A stretch of 64,000 bases of DNA. It comes from Methanobacteriota archaeon (GTDB lineage Archaea; Thermoplasmatota; Poseidoniia; Poseidoniales; Thalassarchaeaceae). Below, one piece after another: positions 47,439 through 56,518 of the stretch. A program made the translations under genes and the position numbers. The stretch's first letter is position 1, and each line of letters opens with the position of its first letter. Under the pieces are notes generated by a model. The model was not told the DNA's origin, did not search any database, and saw only the letters and a list, made by a program, of their open reading frames with translations. Location of the stretch: contig PBMR01000005.1 in the NCBI GenBank assembly GCA_002722735.1, forward strand, positions 74,402 to 138,401. Reading direction: 5' to 3'.

Positions 47439-48572
47439 ATGGTTAGTGCCAAGGGTATTCTCGGGGGCGACTCAAAGCCAACCAAGATCCATCACCTGAT
47501 CAAGGCCCTCGAGAATACCCCCGAATCGAAATCCTATCGTGAATCTTGGGATGCAAGCAAGCCAGTTTCTGTTTTCAAGACTCCAGAGACGCTTCCCGAT
47601 GGAACCCCCTGCACCGCTGTGACTGTGATTCTCAGAACCAAGGGATGTGCTTGGTGGTGGAAGTCCGGATGCACATTCTGTGGATATTTCAACGACGTTC
47701 GCGATGACATCACTTCCGATGACATGTATTCGCAATGGGAGGAAGCCAAGCGTAGAACCAATGACTTCGAAGGTTGTGATATGGCCAAGGTATACACCTC
47801 TGGGACTTTTTTCGAGGATCGCGAGAATCCCCCCGAGTGGCAGGAGACCGTGCTACGTGAAACGTTCGAGAGGGAACTGCATCTGGTTATCGAAGCACAG
47901 GCTCAGATGTGCACTCCTGAGAAGCTAGCCTGGGTTGCCAAGCACCATCCCGGATGCACGGTCGCCATCGGGTTGGAGGCATATGACGACAGGGTTCTGA
48001 GGTTCCACGTCAACAAGGGCTTCTCGACCAAGCAGTGGCACAAAGCCGTCGACATACTCAGGGACAACGGCCTCAGAGTCAAGACCTATCTACTGTTCAA
48101 ACCCCCATTCATGTCTGAGGCTGACGCCCTCAATCACACGACATCGTGGCTGCGTCAGGTGGCTCACCACTCTGATGAAGTATCCGTCAATCCGATGAAT
48201 ATCCAGAGGAAGACGCTGGTGGACCGACTGTACAGGAATCGCGAGTATCGCCCACCTTGGCTTTGGTCCCTGATAGAGATGATTCAGGGGTCACATGAGG
48301 ATATTTCTCAGCTTGAATGCAGACTCATCGTCCACCCAACCGCAGGTGGAAAGGTCCGTGGAGCCCACAACTGCAAGATCTGCGACGGAGAAGCCGTCGC
48401 TGCTATCGAACGCTACTCGGTCTCCGGGGATATCGGGGAATTCACAAATCTCGACTGCTCATGCAAAGCGGTTTGGAGGGCTGAATTGGACAATGATTCA
48501 AGTCTGCCAACGCCATTGGGCAGTGGCACATTCAGGAGAGGCAACCCAATCGATTTGGCACGTGCTCCTTAA
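47439..48572 (+). CDS. Radical SAM protein of the archaeal TIGR01210 type (RaSEA-like, archaeosine biosynthesis candidate)
   Basis: ILRTKGCAWWWKSGCTFCGYFND cluster motif and overall size. The family assignment is from memory of the RaSEA motif and has not been searched. Confidence 0.55.
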   Translation: MVSAKGILGGDSKPTKIHHLIKALENTPESKSYRESWDASKPVSVFKTPETLPDGTPCTAVTVILRTKGCAWWWKSGCTFCGYFNDVRDDITSDDMYSQWEEAKRRTNDFEGCDMAKVYTSGTFFEDRENPPEWQETVLRETFERELHLVIEAQAQMCTPEKLAWVAKHHPGCTVAIGLEAYDDRVLRFHVNKGFSTKQWHKAVDILRDNGLRVKTYLLFKPPFMSEADALNHTTSWLRQVAHHSDEVSVNPMNIQRKTLVDRLYRNREYRPPWLWSLIEMIQGSHEDISQLECRLIVHPTAGGKVRGAHNCKICDGEAVAAIERYSVSGDIGEFTNLDCSCKAVWRAELDNDSSLPTPLGSGTFRRGNPIDLARAP

Positions 48573-48660
48573 GCCACTGCGAAACCACCTTCCGCCCAAT
48601 GCTTAAGGGCGAATCTTCGGTGGTCGGAGCGAACAACGTGACGAAGTTTGGGGTGCTAGT

Positions 48661-48939
48661 GTGAGCAACGACGACGCAGGAAATATTGGAGAGTTCCTGC
48701 AGGGCGAGCATGAGCCCCCATCATCATGGCTCTTCCTTGTCCTCGGATTCGTCACGACTCTGATTTTCCTAGTCTTGTTCAGCATCCTCTATCCCGGCAG
48801 TGACCTTCCCGTAATATCATCGATGCTACCTGTTTTCAAGGGGGTTTTCGACTCGGGGATTTGGTTCTTCATCTTCGGTGTGATGATAGGAGTTTTCGCA
48901 ATCCTCGGAACCATGCTGACCGAGGCTACCAGTGAGTGA
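48661..48939 (+). CDS. Small 2-3 TM membrane protein
   Basis: Hydrophobic ORF with a GTG start, 9 nt upstream of the large membrane protein gene. Probably the same operon. Confidence 0.45.
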   Translation: MSNDDAGNIGEFLQGEHEPPSSWLFLVLGFVTTLIFLVLFSILYPGSDLPVISSMLPVFKGVFDSGIWFFIFGVMIGVFAILGTMLTEATSE

Positions 48940-48948
48940 GGTGACGTC

Positions 48949-50613
48949 ATGGACCTGATTACAACGATGCTCATCTACTGGGCTGTGATTATCGCGGTTT
49001 ATGTGATGCTAAACCGCGGAATCTGGATTTTCACCGATGTCAGCAAGAGCATGAGCTTATTCATGCTTGAGAAAGCTCTGGGTCCGGCAATTGATTTCGC
49101 TGAGGGCAGACCGGGTTCAGGCGCCAGAGCATGGATCATGCAAGGGATGTTCTGGCTCATCCTCGCGTCGGCCTTCACCTTCTGCGGCCTCTGGCTCGAT
49201 CACGATCCAACGGCCCTTCACAGCCTAGGGTCATGGGGTTACTCGCCCTCCTCGGAAACCCTCCTCCTAGCTGGCAACCTCGTCGCCCTCTTCGGAGCCG
49301 TTGGGATGATAATAATCGGTGCCGGATTGCACATCGTCCCTTCACTGGGAGAAACTCAACTCGCTAGCGAACGCAACGCTGCTCTGATGTCCTTGGTATG
49401 GACAGCCTCGGTCCTGATAATTGCAATCGGAGCTCACGAGCCGGTGCTCCTCGGTCTGAAGGTGCTCTTTTGGGGCACCGCCGTCCAGACCCTAGCCCTT
49501 GTCGGCGTGATTGTCAATCAACTCCTCACAGCGGCCTCTCGCACCAAGAGGATGGCATTCCCGGCGTGGCTCATTATCATCGGCCTGCTCTCAGACCCAA
49601 TCTCCACTGTAATTGTCTTCCTGACTGGTGGACTGGAAACGGGCTTGGGACAATGGTTGCTCGTAAGGCTGATCTCTGGAGGCTTCTTCTTCCTGCAAGT
49701 TGCTGGTGTCAGCCTATACGCCGCTTCCCAAGGCACTGGTAATCCGCTTTGGTCTAGGTCTCTGGCAGCTGTCACGCTGCTAGGAGCCTTGCTGACTCTG
49801 AATCCATTGGGGCAAACCACCGGAACGCTCGCTGCCGATTTGCTCGGCTTTGAGGTCGCCTCATTTGAGCCGAGCAGCAAGGACGTCATCGCGGGCTCAT
49901 TCCTCATGGCCCTCGCCTCGATTCCCATTATCGCCCTATCCTCTAACATCCTAGTCACAATGAGGGGGGATGATACATTCATGGAGAACCCCGATTCACC
50001 AGGAATGCCTGAAGTTAATCTGGGCGCCCTTATGCTCATCCCACTCGGAATCGGTGCTCTCTTCCTTCAGACCGACGCTCTGACTAGTGGCAACGAACTG
50101 ACTGGAATCTCATCCACACTCACCCTGCTAGTGGTGTGGCTGTTACTCGTCCCCCTCGCCCTTGGATCGGCCCTTTGCATCTTCCCCGCAGTGACGGGTC
50201 GGAACCTGATGTCCATCAACCGCTCTCGATGGGCTTTCTGGATGATGGCTGGAGGGGCATTTTCTGGTCTCATTATCACACTGATGGCTGACTTCTCGGA
50301 CATGGCCCTCGCCGAGGCAGCGGTCGTTGACGAGAGCACGATTTCTAATGAGCTCAGAGCGATTGGTTCGGTGCTCTTTTACGGCACGGTAATCGGAGCT
50401 ATCCTTCACTGTATGAATATGGTCAACGGCATCCTCAGGGGCTCCTTCGCGGATGCACAGGCAACCCCTTCGTCGAGCTCCATTGAACCGTCCTCTTACA
50501 ATCTAACATCTGGAACGACTGTGAGGAAGATCCTAGCCAGTGGAGCCAACTTGGACACCGAAGTCGTCCCAATCTCCCAGACAGACGACCCTGGAAGTCC
50601 AACCGAACTGTAA
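48949..50613 (+). CDS. 13-TM membrane protein, possibly a heme-copper-oxidase subunit I-like fold lacking the canonical His ligands
   Basis: About 13 hydrophobic helices. Recurrent P..(T/L)G..L.S..(R/N)..A.(W/F)W segments (IVPSLGETQLASERNAALMSLVW and FPAVTGRNLMSINRSRWAFWMMAGG) recall HCO subunit I helices. No HH or HPEVY motifs. Confidence 0.6.
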   Translation: MDLITTMLIYWAVIIAVYVMLNRGIWIFTDVSKSMSLFMLEKALGPAIDFAEGRPGSGARAWIMQGMFWLILASAFTFCGLWLDHDPTALHSLGSWGYSPSSETLLLAGNLVALFGAVGMIIIGAGLHIVPSLGETQLASERNAALMSLVWTASVLIIAIGAHEPVLLGLKVLFWGTAVQTLALVGVIVNQLLTAASRTKRMAFPAWLIIIGLLSDPISTVIVFLTGGLETGLGQWLLVRLISGGFFFLQVAGVSLYAASQGTGNPLWSRSLAAVTLLGALLTLNPLGQTTGTLAADLLGFEVASFEPSSKDVIAGSFLMALASIPIIALSSNILVTMRGDDTFMENPDSPGMPEVNLGALMLIPLGIGALFLQTDALTSGNELTGISSTLTLLVVWLLLVPLALGSALCIFPAVTGRNLMSINRSRWAFWMMAGGAFSGLIITLMADFSDMALAEAAVVDESTISNELRAIGSVLFYGTVIGAILHCMNMVNGILRGSFADAQATPSSSSIEPSSYNLTSGTTVRKILASGANLDTEVVPISQTDDPGSPTEL

Positions 50614-50667
50614 TGTGCGAACCACCTCCTCAATGGGGACCGCAGTCTGGACACTGGAGTGACGAGC

Positions 50668-51954
50668 ATGCGAATCGGCCTCGTGGGTAAACCGAATGTT
50701 GGAAAGTCAACCGCCTTCTCGGCATTGACTGAGACCCCTGTCGAGATTGCGAACTACCCCTTCACCACCATCGACCCAAACGTAGGTGTGACATGGCTCC
50801 CGCTACAACTACCATGCGCTTGTGCTGAACTGCGCTCCCGCAGGGAGGCAAACGGTCGCTTGGAGCCCACTTCTTCGAACGATCCTAGAAAGGGTAGTAT
50901 CTGCAATCCCAACTCCGGTTCATGCAATGGGCATCGTAGATTGGCACCAGTCACCCTCGTCGATGTAGCCGGCCTAGTTCCAGGTGCACACGAGGGCCGA
51001 GGAAGGGGCAACCAATTCCTATCGGATCTAGCTCGGTGTGACGCCCTCTTGCAGATCGTTGATGTCTCGGGTTCCACTGACATAGAGGGTAATCCGGTAG
51101 GCTCAGGCGGCAGTGACCCCATCGAGGAGCATCGCTTCCTGCTCGAGGAGTTGGATGCGTGGCTGCTGGGAATCATCCGTTCGGGCTGGGATCGTGCTTC
51201 TCGTCGGGCACAAGCGGAGGGCGAGCGCGCCATCAAAGATCACATCCTAGACCGCCTCACTGGCATTGGTGCAACCGAGGCACACGCTTCTGCAGGTACG
51301 AACGCAGTTCGTCGAAATCACCCAACCGCCGGCGACCCTCTCCAGTGGGACGATGAGGAACTCTCCTCCATGGCATCAGCAATACGCACTGCCATGTTCC
51401 CTATCTCGGTCGCCGCTAACAAAGCCGACAAATCCTCTGAGACCTCTTTTGTTGACCTGTCTTCTGTTGTAGAAGCCGGAGGAGGTCGCTTGGTACTTAC
51501 CAGCGCAGAGGCCGAGCTAGCATTGCGAAGGGCCTCTTCCGCTGGACTTATCGAATACCAACCAGGGGACACGTCATTTGAGATAACTGAGAATGGCCAG
51601 GAGAATCTCTCCGAGGCCCAGCGGGGTGCTTTGTTGTCAATTGCCGATTCGATAGGCTCCTGGGGCGGGGGCGGTTTGGTCGGTCTGCTGCGAGAGGTCG
51701 TCTTTCACCAACTCTCACGAATTACAGCATATCCTGTTCAGGACGAGACGCATTGGGTGGATGGAGAGGGCAATTCACTGCCGGATGCAATACTTGTTCC
51801 TCGTGGAACCACCGCCAAGGGTTTGGCGTATTCTGTCCATTCTGACTTGGGAGATGGCTTCATTCGGGCAGTCGATGCACGCTCAGGGAGAGTCATCGGT
51901 GCAGATCACGAACTTTCTGATGGTGACGTAGTTAGCATCCAGGCTAAGACTTGA
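50668..51954 (+). CDS. YchF/OLA1-family Obg-like NTPase with C-terminal TGS-like domain
   Basis: IGLVGKPNVGKSTAFSALT, ANYPFTTIDPNVGV, VDVAGLVPGAHEGRGRGNQFL, and C-terminal LSDGDVVSI. Confidence 0.8.
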   Translation: MRIGLVGKPNVGKSTAFSALTETPVEIANYPFTTIDPNVGVTWLPLQLPCACAELRSRREANGRLEPTSSNDPRKGSICNPNSGSCNGHRRLAPVTLVDVAGLVPGAHEGRGRGNQFLSDLARCDALLQIVDVSGSTDIEGNPVGSGGSDPIEEHRFLLEELDAWLLGIIRSGWDRASRRAQAEGERAIKDHILDRLTGIGATEAHASAGTNAVRRNHPTAGDPLQWDDEELSSMASAIRTAMFPISVAANKADKSSETSFVDLSSVVEAGGGRLVLTSAEAELALRRASSAGLIEYQPGDTSFEITENGQENLSEAQRGALLSIADSIGSWGGGGLVGLLREVVFHQLSRITAYPVQDETHWVDGEGNSLPDAILVPRGTTAKGLAYSVHSDLGDGFIRAVDARSGRVIGADHELSDGDVVSIQAKT

Positions 51955-51970
51955 GCCGAGAACCCACTCA

Positions 51971-52639
51971 TTACGAGGAAATGATGACGACTGTGAATGT
52001 CACAGCAGTCCACGTAACGTCGAATTCCTCGTCGGAGTCGATTATCTGTCCGACAATTGGGGCTGGGGGCGAACTGATGTCTGCGGTAATCGTAGCCGCC
52101 CAAGTGCCTCGCCCCAGACCACCATCGTTCCAGCGTTCTCTAATCTCATCCTCGTTCTCATTCTCCTCAGTGTAACCCTCACCGGAGTAGTTCTCTGTGA
52201 GATCCCATCTGATTGTGAACCCGCCGTCACCTCCAGAGCACTGTCCTTCCGCCGTTTGGTCCTCCAGCCCATCCAGGTCATTGAGATCGCTAGTTCCCTC
52301 GACACTATCGGTGAAACCAGGCCCTGGATCATCGTTGTCGAAGCAGGAGACTGCAAGCTCTACATATCCCACAAATACCTCCATCTCTGCCATTAGATCG
52401 AAAAATGTGTCATGGCTCTCTCCGTCGCCAAGCACCACCGACTCAGTCAACGAAATCTCACTTTCTTCAAAACTCACACTGAGCGTACCGACCAATCCGG
52501 ACGATCCCCCACCAACTAAGTCTTCGTCAATTAAGGAGGGCATTGCGGCGAAATACACAGGGAATATGACCAGAAAGGCGACGGTGCCGGCGAGGGTCTT
52601 AATCTTCTGAGGGGTGTCGACTAGATCCTGAAAGTCCAT
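51971..52639 (-). CDS. Membrane-anchored, highly acidic extracellular protein, unknown function
   Basis: N-terminal TM helix LAGTVAFLVIFPVYFAAM followed by a D/E/G-rich domain. Confidence 0.5.
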   Translation of the reverse strand: MDFQDLVDTPQKIKTLAGTVAFLVIFPVYFAAMPSLIDEDLVGGGSSGLVGTLSVSFEESEISLTESVVLGDGESHDTFFDLMAEMEVFVGYVELAVSCFDNDDPGPGFTDSVEGTSDLNDLDGLEDQTAEGQCSGGDGGFTIRWDLTENYSGEGYTEENENEDEIRERWNDGGLGRGTWAATITADISSPPAPIVGQIIDSDEEFDVTWTAVTFTVVIISS

Positions 52640-52715
52640 GTCTGCGTCGAAGGTCGGTCACCCACTCCCCTATCAAATCCTCTCCTCGGAGGCATCCACA
52701 CTCGTTATTACCGTG

Positions 52716-53210
52716 CTAATCTGAACTTTGCCAGTTTCTGATGTCAACTCCCTCATTGGAGAATAGCCTCCTAGAGCGGCGAAACTCTGGAAGGAGGTAA
52801 CCGATTATGGAACGCTCCCAGAAACCCCACTTCCAAGGGCACCGAGGCAGTTGCGTCGACCACTCCCTGAGGAAGGAGACCCACTCTGGGCCATCGAACC
52901 ATTCTGGAATATTGAAGGAAACGAAAGACAACCTGCCTGCAGAACCGGGCACGTAGCTCCAAGATCGCAACGATAGTCCCTCCGCATCACCCTCATCAAT
53001 CACCAGACCCAATACCCTAGCGCGCTTGGCGAGTGGGACTATTATTGCCCATCTGTGGACCATCGTCGCCTCTTCGATCCGGTGCATTCTCCAGTTGCGA
53101 GACTCGCCGATGACTCGCATTGCGCGGATGGCGTCGGTGGGGGTGATGCTGACTGGAATCTCAAGCCGCCGCTCCATGTGCCTCGGGACGTCCTCTAGGC
53201 CCTCGCCCAT
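52716..53210 (-). CDS. Hypothetical protein
   Basis: 164-aa Trp-rich ORF with no recognisable motif. It fills the gap with consistent strand orientation. Confidence 0.45.
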   Translation of the reverse strand: MGEGLEDVPRHMERRLEIPVSITPTDAIRAMRVIGESRNWRMHRIEEATMVHRWAIIVPLAKRARVLGLVIDEGDAEGLSLRSWSYVPGSAGRLSFVSFNIPEWFDGPEWVSFLREWSTQLPRCPWKWGFWERSIIGYLLPEFRRSRRLFSNEGVDIRNWQSSD

Positions 53211-53243
53211 AGCGGCTTCGCGTTAGTCGTTCAAATCGTTGCT

Positions 53244-53558
53244 TCAGCCGAACAGGGAGCCCAGACCTTCGAAGCCACCCGCTTCTTCCTCGGCTTCCTC
53301 AGCGGCCTCTTCCTGAGCGGGAGCGACCTCAGAGGTCGCTCCGCTGGAAGCCGCAGAGGGAGCAGCCGAGGCCACTGGGGCGGCGACCGCGGTCGCCATG
53401 GCCTCATCGATGTCGACGGAGCCCAGTGAGGCGACGAGAGCCTTTACCCTAGACCCGTCCGCCTCGACTCCAGCGGCTTTCAGCACTGAGCTGATCGCCT
53501 TGTCATCGATGCCCTTTCCTGCAGAATGCAACAACATTGCAGCATACACATATTCCAT
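53244..53558 (-). CDS. rpl12: Ribosomal stalk protein P1 (L12e)
   Basis: [32 protein letters not shown]...[22 protein letters not shown] lies 5-6 nt upstream of ATG 53558. Confidence 0.9.
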   Translation of the reverse strand: MEYVYAAMLLHSAGKGIDDKAISSVLKAAGVEADGSRVKALVASLGSVDIDEAMATAVAAPVASAAPSAASSGATSEVAPAQEEAAEEAEEEAGGFEGLGSLFG

Positions 53559-53573
53559 TTCTTTCACCTTTTT

Positions 53574-54584
53574 TTATCCGAAGAGGTCACCGAGTCCTTC
53601 GAACTCCGCACCCTCCTCTTCCTCCTCGGCAGGGGCCTCAGTGGCCTCTTCCGAGCTAGTTGCCTCGGAGGAGGCAACTTCAGCACTCTGGGACGCCGCT
53701 CCTAAAGCAGCGAGCAGCTCGTCATCGAGAGCTGAGGAATCTAATTGTCCCGCTAGGGACAGTGCACGCAAGCGTGCTTGTGTCAAGAGGAACGCGGATG
53801 TGGTGTCGTTGACTATGCTGGCCTCGACAGCGACTGCTATCGCATCGCTGGATGCCTTAGAAATCAGAGTTGGCGTCGTTGTGCTTGAGAACCACCGAAT
53901 CTCGCATGCGAGGTTGAATGCTCCTGAAGTGGCATTGATAATGTCGCTTCGGAATCCATCCAGATCCAGGTCAAGGTCCGAAGCAACAAACATGAACCCG
54001 TTCTCGATGACGCCAGTGAGAATCATACCGATTTCTATTGGATTGATATCTAGCTTCGAGAGCATTATGCCAAGATCAGCTGAGATTTCCTCACCCTCCT
54101 TCACGACAGTGGTGGTCCTTTGGATTGCTACCTTTCCTTTCTCGATCTTCGCTGGGATTCCAACAGCGTTGAATTCACCAACAATGGGTCCGGGTCCGAA
54201 TCCTGTGGGCCCCTGCTCAACGACGATGTCTACTGGAGCCCTATCTCCCTCCTTGGCAGCCCTCCCTTGTCGAGTCTTCTCGAGCTCACTGAAGATCTCG
54301 AAGGCATTCATCGCCTCACTATGCACAACGCATGGCTGATCGGCTCCTTCTAGCAGAGCCTCCAAATCATCTGTGGAGTGTCCAGCTTCCAACCATGCAA
54401 TCCGCATGAGCGATTTCTTCGCCATTGTGATGCTCATTCGATCACGCAGTGTGTTGCGCATATCGATCATGTTACTTGCTGGAACCCCTGAAACATCGAT
54501 TACTGCTATCGAGCCCTCTCTACTGAAGATCTCGGCTAATTCAGAGACGCGGCCTTTCTTCCAGCCAGCGACTTTGGGAATCAA
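53574..54584 (-). CDS. rpl10: Ribosomal protein uL10 (P0)
   Basis: N-terminal WKKGRVSELAE...AVIDVSGVPASNMIDMRNTLR and C-terminal EEEEEGAEFEGLGDLFG stalk tail. TTG start with a GGAGGTGA SD. Confidence 0.9.
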   Translation of the reverse strand: MIPKVAGWKKGRVSELAEIFSREGSIAVIDVSGVPASNMIDMRNTLRDRMSITMAKKSLMRIAWLEAGHSTDDLEALLEGADQPCVVHSEAMNAFEIFSELEKTRQGRAAKEGDRAPVDIVVEQGPTGFGPGPIVGEFNAVGIPAKIEKGKVAIQRTTTVVKEGEEISADLGIMLSKLDINPIEIGMILTGVIENGFMFVASDLDLDLDGFRSDIINATSGAFNLACEIRWFSSTTTPTLISKASSDAIAVAVEASIVNDTTSAFLLTQARLRALSLAGQLDSSALDDELLAALGAASQSAEVASSEATSSEEATEAPAEEEEEGAEFEGLGDLFG

Positions 54585-55225
54585 CCTATCACCTCCACCT
54601 TGACAGAGGGCCCCATCGAGGTCTTGACGTAGCAGGAGCGGATATTTCCCGCGCCACGCTCGAGCTTGCCAGTCACCCTCTCCCAGACAGCGACGGCGTT
54701 GGAAGTCAAATCGTCGATTCCCTGCTCCCTCGAGCCGACAGCGGTGTGGAAGGTCACCCGATCTCTGGATCTGACGATTGCTGTGTCCTTCAGGCCGGTC
54801 GCTATGTTTCCCGGTTCGAGAGTAGGAGGAACCGGTCGAGGCATCTTGCCCCGGGGGCCGAGCACGGCGCCGAGGTGTCGTCCAACCGTCCCCATGTGGG
54901 GAATCTCGGATAGGAAGAAGTCGTATTGCCCGGCTGTCTTTCTGGCCTTCTGGCGATTGCCGCCCAAGTCCTCGATGGTCGAGGGGTCGATTACGTCAAT
55001 TCCGGCCGCCCTAGCCTTGGTGGCCATCTCGCCTCCTGCGAACATGGCAATCCGAATTGGCTTGCCCCTACCCGAAGGGAGCCTGATTTCCTCTTGGATT
55101 CTGTTGGTCGGAATCTTGAGATCGACGTCCCTTATGGTGAAGGCCATCTCCACGGACTCAACGAAGCCCCTCTCTGGGGCTCCATCAATGGCCTGTTGAA
55201 TCGCTGATTGAATATTTCCCCTCAT
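54581..55225 (-). CDS. rpl1: Ribosomal protein uL1
   Basis: FVESVEMAFTIRDVDLKIP...LPSGRGKPIRIAMFA...VLGPRGKMP. GAGGTGA SD. Confidence 0.9.
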   Translation of the reverse strand: MRGNIQSAIQQAIDGAPERGFVESVEMAFTIRDVDLKIPTNRIQEEIRLPSGRGKPIRIAMFAGGEMATKARAAGIDVIDPSTIEDLGGNRQKARKTAGQYDFFLSEIPHMGTVGRHLGAVLGPRGKMPRPVPPTLEPGNIATGLKDTAIVRSRDRVTFHTAVGSREQGIDDLTSNAVAVWERVTGKLERGAGNIRSCYVKTSMGPSVKVEVIG

Positions 55226-55278
55226 AATTACTCACCTCTGCGGTCCACGAGGTCACCCTCTCCCGCAATTCGTGAACT

Positions 55279-55557
55279 CTAACTGAAATGCTCGTTGAAT
55301 TCCCCCTCGCTCATCGCATTGAGTGCAGCCTTGGGCTCCATGCCCTCAATTCGCACACGCATCGCCACGCAAGTCCCCATGATCTCGCGGCAGCGAGCGT
55401 ACAGCGTCTTGCCTGTCAACCGGTCCTTTTGGGCCTCAGCAACGCTCTTGACCTGATCCATAGACAGGTTCTCCGTCGAGGCATCCCAAGAACCGTTGCA
55501 CTTCTTCTGCCCCAGTGTCTGCAACACCTTGTGTGGGGTCTCGTTGCGTGCCGACAT
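55279..55557 (-). CDS. rpl11: Ribosomal protein uL11, C-terminal (rRNA-binding) domain only
   Basis: The 92-aa ORF aligns by eye to about residues 70-160 of archaeal L11 (NLSMDQVKSVAEAQKDRLTGKTLYARCREIMGTCVAMRVRIEGMEPK). An in-frame TAG lies 3 nt upstream, and only 85 nt separate it from the spt5 stop. Confidence 0.75.
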   Translation of the reverse strand: MSARNETPHKVLQTLGQKKCNGSWDASTENLSMDQVKSVAEAQKDRLTGKTLYARCREIMGTCVAMRVRIEGMEPKAALNAMSEGEFNEHFS

Positions 55558-55642
55558 GACCTAGTCTCCCAATTGTGCGACCCGCCGACCTGCTCTCCCT
55601 ATTTGACGATGATGCACCGCACCAAGGGGAGCAGTTCTGCAC

Positions 55643-56509
55643 TCACTCGACGCGTTGGGTCACTCTGACTTGGTCAGCACGCACTGTCAGGGCGACCGGG
55701 ACAGCCGCTTCGAAGAGCTCTACGGTAACCTCCTCTTTGGACTCAGTGACACGGATCACTCGAGCGGCTTGGCCTCGGAAGGCCCCACCGGAGATTTCGA
55801 CGATGCAACCCTCCTCGATTCCCGAGGTGGCTGATTTGGGCTCCAAGTAGGGAAGGACGTCCTGCAGGGGGGACTCGCCATCGAGCACCTTGCTACAGTT
55901 CTTCAGTGGGGTCACGCCTACTCCGACCCTGCCAATCAACTTCTGGACGTGGTGTAAGGCAGCAGCCTCGATGAAGATGTATCCCTTCATGAAATGGGGG
56001 CTCAGCACGCCGAAGACTTTGTCTTGGATATCCTTGAGGGACCCGGTGCCGGAAAGTCTTGCTCTAATTTCGCCGGCCACGTTCTGCTCTTGCCCTATTG
56101 AGGTCTTGAGGATGTAGAGGTAGGAGGCTACATCACCGTACATGTCCCGGAGTTGGGGTGTCGCGTATTCCTTCTCTTTAATGGCACCCGGATCAACCCA
56201 CTCGTGGTTCTTGTACAGGGTACCGGGCCTGATTTCAGATTCGCTGGTGATGAAGAGGACCGGGGTCACGTCGTTGAGGCGATTGCCGAACTCCAGCCCG
56301 CGTGCCATGCCTGAGCGGACGAACTCTAGGCTCTCGGCAGGGATTCCAGTACACTCGGTGATCCTAGCGACTATGGCGTCAGTATCGCTGGGGTCGCCAA
56401 TTCCGTAGATCCCGTCCCATGCGCCGGGGAAGTCCCCGACCTCGTCGGCTCTTTGCATGAGCAGCACATTCTCTGCACTTCGCAAATAGACAGTGAAAGC
56501 TTCGGACAT
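55643..56509 (-). CDS. spt5: Spt5 (NusG) NGN-KOW with N-terminal degenerate NUDIX-like domain
   Basis: C-terminal half YLYILKTSIGQEQNVAGEI...GYIFIEA...(NGN) and GCIVEISGGAFRGQAARVIRV (KOW). The N-terminal about 130 aa has a NUDIX-fold pattern (VLLMQRA...FPGAWDGIYG.GDPSDTDAIVARITECTGI) with a degraded REx2EE box. Confidence 0.8.
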   Translation of the reverse strand: MSEAFTVYLRSAENVLLMQRADEVGDFPGAWDGIYGIGDPSDTDAIVARITECTGIPAESLEFVRSGMARGLEFGNRLNDVTPVLFITSESEIRPGTLYKNHEWVDPGAIKEKEYATPQLRDMYGDVASYLYILKTSIGQEQNVAGEIRARLSGTGSLKDIQDKVFGVLSPHFMKGYIFIEAAALHHVQKLIGRVGVGVTPLKNCSKVLDGESPLQDVLPYLEPKSATSGIEEGCIVEISGGAFRGQAARVIRVTESKEEVTVELFEAAVPVALTVRADQVRVTQRVE

Positions 56510-56518
56510 ACTGATACC

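Noticed and set aside
53398-54339. 313-aa plus-strand ORF
   Set aside because: It is antisense to the P0 (uL10) gene and has a Ser/Ala-rich composition.
55558-55642. Hidden or frameshifted uL11 N-terminal domain in the spt5-rpl11 spacer
   Set aside because: The spacer is only 85 nt, against about 210 nt needed. None of its frames encodes the PPLGPALG-type motif. The truncation is therefore reported as a finding rather than as a frameshift pseudogene.
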